IMG/VR virus record: IMGVR_UViG_3300028867_000005
Coordinates: 24,279-88,278 of that record
Length of the DNA: 64,000 nucleotides
Reading direction: 5' to 3' (one strand)
DNA from: a virus
Under the pieces are notes generated by a model that ran no database searches, had not been told where the DNA came from, and was given only the letters and a program-made list of their open reading frames with translations. A program made the translations under genes and the position numbers. Shown here one piece after another: positions 57,562 through 64,000 of the stretch. Every line of letters starts with the position of its first letter. The stretch's first letter is position 1.

Positions 57562-60426
57562 ATGAGTAATGAACTGCCAAAAACGTCGCAACAGGATATT
57601 GACCGTGCAAACGCCAATATCCTCGAAGTGGTCGGCGAGTTTATTGACCTGAAAAAACAGGGTGCAGAGTGGGTAGCCTGCTGCCCGTTCCACAATGAAA
57701 AGTCGCCATCGTTCAAGGTTAATCAGAACAAAGAAATGTATTACTGCTTTGGCTGTGGCGCCAGCGGTGATGCCGTCTCGTTCGTGATGGAGTTCAAGGG
57801 CTTCAATTTTCCTGACTCGGTGCGCTACATCAATGGCGAGCCCACGAAGGCCAATATCGTCCGTCCGCCGGCCGACCAGCGCCCATCTTTTGCGCAGCAG
57901 CGCCAGCAAGCACGCCAGTTCGAGCTGATTATTCCGGTACCTGATCATGCTGAGCCTCCGCCCTCTGTTCACTCAAGGCATGGCAAGCTTACTTCCATGT
58001 GGCCTATCCGTATGCCGGATGGCGAACATATCTACGGTTATGTCGTGCGTTTCGATATCCTCCGCCGTGACCCGGAAACCGGTGAAATGCGTCCAGGCAA
58101 GGAAGTGCTGCCGCTGACCTACTCGGTTGATACGGAAACCGGTGAAGAGGGCTGGCGCTGGGCGGCGCTGCCGAAGCCGCGGCCTATATATGGCCTTGAG
58201 CAGTTGGCTACCCCTGGCATGGTTGTGATGGTGGAGGGTGAGAAGACCGTCGACGCAGCGCGCCGGCTCCTGCCACAGTTCCAGGTAATCAGCTACCTGG
58301 GTGGAGGCAAGGCCATCGAGCATACCGACTGGCTTCCGCTGAAGGGTCGCAAGGTGCTGATCATCCGCGATGCCGACCAGGAGGGCTATGTCACCACGTA
58401 CGGCCGGCTGGGCGAGGATGGCGAGCTGGAGCGGCGTGGCCTGGTGCATATCCTGCTCGAGCAGGGTTGCATCGTGAAGTGCTCGGAGCCGCCGGCCGAC
58501 TACCCCAGGGGCTGGGATCTCGCCGACGCTGAGACTGACGGCTGGACACCTGACGACGTGCTGGCATGGGTCAAAAAGCATATGACGGACCCGCTTCCGC
58601 CATCACCCCCGAAGAAAAAAGCATCGGTCGATAATGAGCAGGTACCGGAGCCTGACGCGCACGACGAAATGATGGCCGACCGCTTTGCAGATGAAGAGGA
58701 CGGCGAGCAAGAGGTAATGCTTGATCAGTCTGATCTGCCACCCCAGCCGAAAAGCACGGCAGGCATTGACGGCCACAATCAGCCATGGGATTTCCTGGGC
58801 TATGACCGGGACTACTACTTTATCTACCACCACGGTAAAAAGCAGATCCTGACGCTTACCGTCGGCAGTTTTGGAAAGAATGGCCTTATTACCCTGGCGC
58901 CGCTCAACTGGTGGGAAAAAAGCGATTTCATGGCGAACAAGAAAAAGCCTGAAATTGACACAGATGCTGCGCTCGATTGGATTGTGCAGGCCTGCATTGC
59001 CAAGGGCGTATTTGATCCATCATGCGTGCGTGGCCGTGGGGCCTGGGAAGACGAAGAACGGCTGGTGTTCCACCTGGGCGACCGCCTGTGGGTGGATGGC
59101 AAGATAACGAACCTGGAGGAAATTAACTCGAAGTTCGTTTATGAGCGCAAATTCAGGATGCCCACGCTACCTGAAACAGCGCTGACTACAGCCGAGGGCC
59201 AGCACATACTGGAAATCTGCCGCAAGTTCCGCTGGAGTATGCCGGCCAGTGGTGCCTTGCTGGCAGGCTGGATGGCGCTGGCGCCGATTTGCGGGGCATT
59301 GGCGTGGCGTCCGCACATTTGGGTTACCGGTGGCGCCGGCTCAGGCAAGAGCACCATCATGGAGTTCCTGCACTGGCTTATGAATGGCATGGATAAGTAT
59401 GCCCAGGGCAACAGCTCCGAGGCCGGTATCCGCCAGAAGCTGGCGGGTGACGCAATCCCTGTGCTGTTCGATGAGTCGGAGTCGAATACCGAAAAGGACG
59501 CGAACCGGATGCAGAGCGTGCTTTCGCTTATCCGCCAGTCCAGCTCCGACAGCGCGGCAGAGACATTCAAGGGTACGCAGTTTGGCAATGCCGTCAGCTA
59601 TCACGTTCGCTCCATGTTTTGCCTGAGCTCGATCCAGGTGGCGCTTACCCAGCAGGCCGACGTTGAGCGCTTGTCTGTCCTGCGCCTGCGGCCGAAGCGC
59701 GACAAGGCGCCCAAGGCATCGAAGGCTGACGAGTGGATAAAGCTGCGCGACTCCATATATGCACTGCAAACTGACAAGACAGTACCTGGCCGGCTCTTTT
59801 TGCGCTCTCTGAAATTGATCCCGATCATCCGGGTCAACATAGAGCTTTTTTCCCATGTCTGCACGAAGCGCTTTGGTACTCGGCGCGAGGGTGACCAGTA
59901 TGGCGCCCTGCTGGCCGGCTGCTGGTCGCTGGTATCAAATGAGCTGGTGACAGAGCAGCAGGCTGAAGAGTTGGTGAACACGTTCAACTGGGACGAGTTC
60001 ACAGAGAATTCAGAGACGGAGGAAAGTGAGAAGGCATTGAGCGCGCTCATGGAAGCCCACCTGCGCATAGGTAACCTGACCCTGACGGTCTTTGAAGTGA
60101 TTACCATGGCCAGCAACGCGGTGCAGGGCGGCAATCCGCCACTGACCACCGATGAGGCCGGCCGGGTGCTGCGGCGGTATGGCATGGCTATCCGCGGGGC
60201 CGATCTGCTGCTGGCCAACACCAGCATGGCGCTTCAGCACCTGATGGAGAATACCCCGTTCGGTGCGGATCTCCGCGGCCAGCTGAGGCGCCTTCCTGGC
60301 GCCGCCTCCAATGACAATAAAACGGTGAAGTTCAACGGTGTCGGCAGCAAGGTAATGTCCCTGCCGCTCGAGCTGATCATTTCCGACTATCAGCCGCGGC
60401 TTGTGGCTGATGATTCTCCAATCTGA
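57562..60426 (+). CDS. primase-helicase (CHC2 Zn finger + TOPRIM + P-loop)
   Basis: CPFHNEKSPSF...YCFGCG, VEGEK, DADQEG, TGGAGSGKS, LFDESE. Confidence 0.9.
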   Translation: MSNELPKTSQQDIDRANANILEVVGEFIDLKKQGAEWVACCPFHNEKSPSFKVNQNKEMYYCFGCGASGDAVSFVMEFKGFNFPDSVRYINGEPTKANIVRPPADQRPSFAQQRQQARQFELIIPVPDHAEPPPSVHSRHGKLTSMWPIRMPDGEHIYGYVVRFDILRRDPETGEMRPGKEVLPLTYSVDTETGEEGWRWAALPKPRPIYGLEQLATPGMVVMVEGEKTVDAARRLLPQFQVISYLGGGKAIEHTDWLPLKGRKVLIIRDADQEGYVTTYGRLGEDGELERRGLVHILLEQGCIVKCSEPPADYPRGWDLADAETDGWTPDDVLAWVKKHMTDPLPPSPPKKKASVDNEQVPEPDAHDEMMADRFADEEDGEQEVMLDQSDLPPQPKSTAGIDGHNQPWDFLGYDRDYYFIYHHGKKQILTLTVGSFGKNGLITLAPLNWWEKSDFMANKKKPEIDTDAALDWIVQACIAKGVFDPSCVRGRGAWEDEERLVFHLGDRLWVDGKITNLEEINSKFVYERKFRMPTLPETALTTAEGQHILEICRKFRWSMPASGALLAGWMALAPICGALAWRPHIWVTGGAGSGKSTIMEFLHWLMNGMDKYAQGNSSEAGIRQKLAGDAIPVLFDESESNTEKDANRMQSVLSLIRQSSSDSAAETFKGTQFGNAVSYHVRSMFCLSSIQVALTQQADVERLSVLRLRPKRDKAPKASKADEWIKLRDSIYALQTDKTVPGRLFLRSLKLIPIIRVNIELFSHVCTKRFGTRREGDQYGALLAGCWSLVSNELVTEQQAEELVNTFNWDEFTENSETEESEKALSALMEAHLRIGNLTLTVFEVITMASNAVQGGNPPLTTDEAGRVLRRYGMAIRGADLLLANTSMALQHLMENTPFGADLRGQLRRLPGAASNDNKTVKFNGVGSKVMSLPLELIISDYQPRLVADDSPI

Positions 60427-60803
60427 CCATCTACTACGCGCATCTGGAAAAATTCCCATATTGCGCGCGGCATATTGCGGTCACCAGCTTCCCAGCGCTG
60501 CCATGTGCGGATATCGACGTAGACAATAGATGCAGCCTGCGCCTGGGTTAAGTGGTGATTATCGCGTATCAGTTTGATGATGATCGGCCAAGGGGTAATA
60601 AGCCTATCCATCAACATGCAAGACCATTGTTCAAATTGCCGCCAGTTTCTGGTGATAACTTCGCTGGTGTCGCAGCCATAGTGACCATGCTGCAACAGCA
60701 AAATCTGCATGTTTTTTGCTGCCCCATATTTTATGTCGTCAGCTGTAACATTCATAAGTTTGGCCAACTCGGCCAAATTCATATCCTGATGAACTTTCAT
60801 CAT
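60390..60803 (-). CDS. XRE-family HTH protein with N-terminal extension
   Basis: IRDNHHLTQAQAASIVYVDIRTWQRWEAGDRNMP; AGGAG RBS. Confidence 0.8.
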   Translation of the reverse strand: MMKVHQDMNLAELAKLMNVTADDIKYGAAKNMQILLLQHGHYGCDTSEVITRNWRQFEQWSCMLMDRLITPWPIIIKLIRDNHHLTQAQAASIVYVDIRTWQRWEAGDRNMPRAIWEFFQMRVVDGQIGESSATSRG

Positions 60804-60808
60804 GACTC

Positions 60809-60991
60809 CTAGAGAAAAGAAACAAACTCGCCAGTTTCATCGTAGGCCGCTACCTTGGAGTATCCGCGGCCATCGGCAGGGTGGTGCGCCTTGTAGGTCC
60901 AGCCGTCGGCGTCATCGGCATTGAGCTCGTCTGCCAGGCAGTTGGCGTTGTCGGCAGACAGCAGGGTTTCAATGGGGTTAAGGCAGGACAT
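60809..60991 (-). CDS. small acidic hypothetical protein
   Basis: 60-aa ORF in the minus-strand operon. Confidence 0.55.
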   Translation of the reverse strand: MSCLNPIETLLSADNANCLADELNADDADGWTYKAHHPADGRGYSKVAAYDETGEFVSFL

Positions 60992-61229
60992 TTTTTACAT
61001 CCCTCAGTGCAGCGCTCATGGCGCGGTTGTATTCATAGAGCCAGTGGTACTCTGGCTGCGTGATGATATCCATCCAGTAAAGGGTAAAAATGCAGCCTGA
61101 CATTTTGTAGTAGTCATTTTCGCTCTGGCTGCTGAATTTCTTCATGTAGTCTTCGTAATAGTTTTCGACGCAGGAGGGCAGAGCAGTAATTGCTTTCGCG
61201 CGGGTTTTGCTGAGTTTTTTTATTGCCAT
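60978..61229 (-). CDS. hypothetical protein
   Basis: 83-aa ORF in the minus-strand operon. Confidence 0.55.
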   Translation of the reverse strand: MAIKKLSKTRAKAITALPSCVENYYEDYMKKFSSQSENDYYKMSGCIFTLYWMDIITQPEYHWLYEYNRAMSAALRDVKNVLP

Positions 61230-61232
61230 GGT

Positions 61233-61412
61233 TTAGCACTCCAACTGGCAAAGAAGTTCATTGGCGAAGGGAATGTTCGGGCTCGCACAGCAGATTTCGA
61301 CAATGCGCTCCATTTCGGGAATGTCTTCAGCCTCAAAGGCCGCCATGTACTGGGCAATGAGGTTGCTTGCAACTTCTTCCGTCATTCTGTCGCGCTGGGG
61401 CTGTCTGGCCAT
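61233..61412 (-). CDS. small hypothetical protein
   Basis: Start MARQPQ at 61412 after GGAGAG. Confidence 0.55.
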   Translation of the reverse strand: MARQPQRDRMTEEVASNLIAQYMAAFEAEDIPEMERIVEICCASPNIPFANELLCQLEC

Positions 61413-61500
61413 GATTTTCTCTCCCGGTGGGGGATGGGAGCCAATCTCCCCAACCCACATCTTTACTATACGGCCATTGGTCGTAATATTGAAGATGTTT

Positions 61501-61514
61501 AATCAAAAAAGAGT
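61501..61514. promoter_or_regulatory. operator copy AATCAAAAAAGAGT upstream of a minus-strand promoter (TTCAAT-N17-TATAGT)
   Basis: Matches the 52830 and 4876 sites. Confidence 0.5.
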
Positions 61515-61617
61515 AATTAACCGACAGACGGCAGGTGGACATTGAGCAGGGACATTGGAAGGGATGCTGGGGATATTAGGAACACCAGACACAATGTCCG
61601 GTTGTCCCTGTTTTTCT

Positions 61618-62682
61618 TTAGGCTTCAGGTCTAGCGGCTAGTGCGTGGAATTGCTCCACCATGGGCGCCAGCATACTCGACCAGGTGAGCCTGTCTTTAA
61701 GCTGGTCGGCCGGCTCGGAATCGGCGATATAGGAGCCACTGTACAAATCGCGCAGGGCCTCCTGAAACTGCGCTGCTGTGTCGGCCAGGATGATGCGCTT
61801 GTCTCCCATGACAAACTCGAAGCCGCGGAAGGCCTGGCGGGTGGCCAGGATCGGCCGGGGCGCCAGCAGGGCTTGGGCCACCTTCAGGCTGCTGCCTCCG
61901 CCTGCTGTGATGGGCAGTAGGTTGACATTCGCGGCGCACAGGTAGGCTTCGAGCTGCCGCGACTCCATTACTCCCAGCATCCACAGGTGCGGTGCAATCA
62001 GGCCGGCGCCGGCCGGCATGAAGCGGTCCTGCAGGAGCACGTCGCGCGCGCCACCGATCACAGCTATCTGCTCCCGCGGCTCCAGCACCATGCCGGCAAG
62101 CATGTCCCAAAAGCCATGGGTATTCGGCACCCAGGAGCTGCTGACGTAAAATGGGGTGCGCGGACGGTGCGAGCCAATAACCCTGGATGCAAGGGAAATA
62201 TCAATCCCGGAGCAGGTGAAGGGCTCGGCGCCATTGCCGGCCACTACCACGCGCCGGGCGCCGCTGGCCTGGAAATACTCGGCATCGCCAACTGAACAGC
62301 ACACAACGAGATCCGCCTCGCGGTAGGCTTTGCGCTCGCACCGGGCGGTGTACTCGGTCCAGGAATCGCTGCAATAGTCCGGCTGGCGCCCCAGGCGCGC
62401 GAGCTGCACGCGGATTTCAACATGGTGCGACGAGTACACTAACTTGGCCGCATTGTTGTGCTGCCTGATCAGCCACTGGGCAGTATGTACCAGCCATGGG
62501 AATTCAAACATGATGGCATCGAAGGGGTAATCGGTAGATTGCAGCACGTCGCCGTTGTTCACCACCACGTCATGCACGTCATGGCCGGCGCGGCGCAGCT
62601 GGTCGCCCAGGTGGTAGCAGCGCTGCTGGCCGCCGTTGGTTCGATTGCCTATGCCAAAGGGGAGTAAGCGCAGGATGTTCAT
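61618..62682 (-). CDS. GT-B fold glycosyltransferase (GT4-like)
   Basis: NGGQQR, VYSSHHVE, ADLVVCCS..DA, LLPITAGGGSSLKVAQAL, ATRQAFRG. Confidence 0.85.
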   Translation of the reverse strand: MNILRLLPFGIGNRTNGGQQRCYHLGDQLRRAGHDVHDVVVNNGDVLQSTDYPFDAIMFEFPWLVHTAQWLIRQHNNAAKLVYSSHHVEIRVQLARLGRQPDYCSDSWTEYTARCERKAYREADLVVCCSVGDAEYFQASGARRVVVAGNGAEPFTCSGIDISLASRVIGSHRPRTPFYVSSSWVPNTHGFWDMLAGMVLEPREQIAVIGGARDVLLQDRFMPAGAGLIAPHLWMLGVMESRQLEAYLCAANVNLLPITAGGGSSLKVAQALLAPRPILATRQAFRGFEFVMGDKRIILADTAAQFQEALRDLYSGSYIADSEPADQLKDRLTWSSMLAPMVEQFHALAARPEA

Positions 62683-62885
62683 TCGGCCTCGGCAGCTGAT
62701 ATCAGCAGGTTGTTGATCACGTCAGTATTGGTGGCGCCCCAGGCGGAGCCGCGCAGGCGCTCCAAGGCTGCACTTGCCTTCGGGTGGACCCTGACATGCA
62801 GAGTGATGATACCAACCGCACGCTGGCGCTGGCGACGTTCACGGTCACGCTCCGCCCGTGGCTTGTCGGATGCTTTACGTCCCAT
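62679..62885 (-). CDS. small basic protein, possible ribbon-helix-helix
   Basis: AERDRERRQRQR...LHVRV...TNTDVINNLL. Confidence 0.55.
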   Translation of the reverse strand: MGRKASDKPRAERDRERRQRQRAVGIITLHVRVHPKASAALERLRGSAWGATNTDVINNLLISAAEAE

Positions 62886-64000
62886 TTATAAAGACTCCTT
62901 TTGCAGTTCAACTAACAGCCGCTTACCGATCCAGGCCATTACGGGGACAGCCATCGAATTCCCAATGGCCTTATACCTCGGGTCATCGGCTGCCATCTTT
63001 TTGCCGACTGGCACCAGGGTCCAGTTGTCCGGCATGCCCTGCAAGCGCTCGCACTCGACGGGCATCAAGCGGCGCACTGACATGTGAGCAAGCACATGCC
63101 ATGGCTTGACTGTTTCAAGGGTGCCTATCTGTCCGACTTCAAGGAGAGGGTATGCAATTGCTGGCGGATGAGCTCCTTCCGCAAGCGAATGACAAGGATC
63201 GCCGGCTTTCGGATTGCTCCTGTTCGTTGGGCTGGTAACCTGTGTCGTGTCGAAGCAGAGCACATTTTCCTGCCCGCTGTTCCTGCCCAGCGTGTGCGCC
63301 ATATCGCGCAGGGTGTTGGGGTCTTGAGTACCGTGAATTACTATTAGTGCTCCGGCCTCAAAATCACCGGGATTGTGGCAGCCACGATTTGCGTTCATAG
63401 CTGGCGATATTTGAATCGGTCCAGATGTGTTGTTGCCGCCAAACACTTGAAGGTGGCCCGCTACGGCATCATTCTCGTCATCCCCACCATTGCTGCCCGT
63501 GAGCGTCCCCGCCACATCCCCAACAACAATCGGGGCCTCATGGTTGCACGTCAGGGTGGGACTGCGATCAATTGCTAACTCTGCCCCCCCCTGTCCGTGT
63601 GCAAGGCAGATGATACCTGGGCTTGTTCCCGCTCCGCGACTGCGGCTAATGCTTGCCTCAATTGTTCCGGCAACGTCTTCCCGCGCTTCTCGGCTCGGCG
63701 CAAAATCCCGGCGCACGCCCTCGAACTCAAAAAGTAATTCGGCGGGATTGAACCCCTGACGAGCACTTGCGACAACGAACACACGGCGGCGGCGTTGGGC
63801 CAGTCCGAAATATTGGGCATCGAGCGTGCGCCAGGCAATTGCTCTTTGGGGTCCAAACACACAACCAGCGTTCGTCCATCCATCCCCTGACGGCTCGAGT
63901 GGGCTGCTTTCCCCGCACAGCGCGCCCAGAAAACAGCCGAATGCATTGTCTTTACTACTGAGGACGCCAGGGACGTTCTCCCACCAGATGACGGCTGGTG
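62886..64000 (-). CDS. DNA (cytosine-5) methyltransferase, 5' part outside the window
   Basis: Frame open to window end: WENVPG (VI), LDAQYFGLAQRRRRVF (VIII), RRLMPVECERLQG (IX), YKAIGNS (X). Confidence 0.92.
   Translation of the reverse strand, partial: PAVIWWENVPGVLSSKDNAFGCFLGALCGESSPLEPSGDGWTNAGCVFGPQRAIAWRTLDAQYFGLAQRRRRVFVVASARQGFNPAELLFEFEGVRRDFAPSREAREDVAGTIEASISRSRGAGTSPGIICLAHGQGGAELAIDRSPTLTCNHEAPIVVGDVAGTLTGSNGGDDENDAVAGHLQVFGGNNTSGPIQISPAMNANRGCHNPGDFEAGALIVIHGTQDPNTLRDMAHTLGRNSGQENVLCFDTTQVTSPTNRSNPKAGDPCHSLAEGAHPPAIAYPLLEVGQIGTLETVKPWHVLAHMSVRRLMPVECERLQGMPDNWTLVPVGKKMAADDPRYKAIGNSMAVPVMAWIGKRLLVELQKESL
63575..64000 (-). CDS. alternate-frame ORF nested in the methyltransferase, M.EcoHK31I beta-polypeptide-like
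   Basis: +1 frame open to window end; CSLSQVL...YFLSSRACAGILRRAEKRGKTLP. Confidence 0.65.
   Translation of the reverse strand, partial: HQPSSGGRTSLASSVVKTMHSAVFWARCAGKAAHSSRQGMDGRTLVVCLDPKEQLPGARSMPNISDWPNAAAVCSLSQVLVRGSIPPNYFLSSRACAGILRRAEKRGKTLPEQLRQALAAVAEREQAQVSSALHTDRGGQS

Larger units (their letters stand above)
1..64000. mobile_element. Myovirus-type bacteriophage genome segment (whole window)
   Basis: Capsid, protease, sheath, tube, tape measure, baseplate J, tail fibre, lysozyme, primase-helicase, RecE-like genes in phage-like operons; no host housekeeping genes. Confidence 0.95.

Noticed and set aside
1-64000. tRNA genes, integrase/att sites, IS elements, introns or inteins
   Set aside because: None recognised by eye; large genes show continuous motif order; a tRNAscan/HMM run would be needed to exclude them formally

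Overview
This 64-kb window is a continuous stretch of a tailed dsDNA phage (myovirus; free phage, prophage or phage-plasmid cannot be decided here), GC-rich, probably infecting a proteobacterium. Layout: (i) 1-4842 minus-strand accessory genes headed by a Mesh1/SpoT-type HD hydrolase; (ii) 4969-46103 a late/virion cluster: MuF-like protein, polyvalent-type pyrophosphatase, a 2062-aa DarB-like methylase-SNF2 helicase, a second 1.5-kaa SNF2 helicase, a fibre/decoration module, prohead protease, scaffold, major capsid protein, neck genes (one inverted), sheath, tube, lysozyme, tail chaperone, tape measure, baseplate, tail fibre and lysis-type membrane genes; (iii) 46100-52790 minus-strand recombination operon (RecE-like nuclease, SMC-like ATPase, probable annealing protein, DUF2303, DUF5131); (iv) 52944-60426 replication operon (Cro-like HTH, SF2 helicase, SSB, HNH, VRR-NUC, primase-helicase); (v) 60390-64000 minus-strand HTH, glycosyltransferase and C5-cytosine methyltransferase. 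No terminase, portal, integrase, sigma factor, tRNA or CRISPR array was recognised in the window. Best leads read from the sequence: an 8-copy GKGAC-NN-YANNMT late-promoter motif that partly drives leaderless mRNAs; a shared MI(I/V)xL(F)K / [LM]xK[AS] motif marking candidate capsid-packaged cargo enzymes, with the protease carrying a copy of the capsid N-terminal peptide; a 5-copy palindromic operator; a pseudoknot-type leader over the primase RBS; a +1 TTT_CGC chaperone frameshift; a tau domain V-like tail on the helicase; an SSB-like DIPF tip on the HD hydrolase; and an alternate-frame beta-subunit ORF nested in the methyltransferase. All protein calls are from motif recognition by eye, not database searches.
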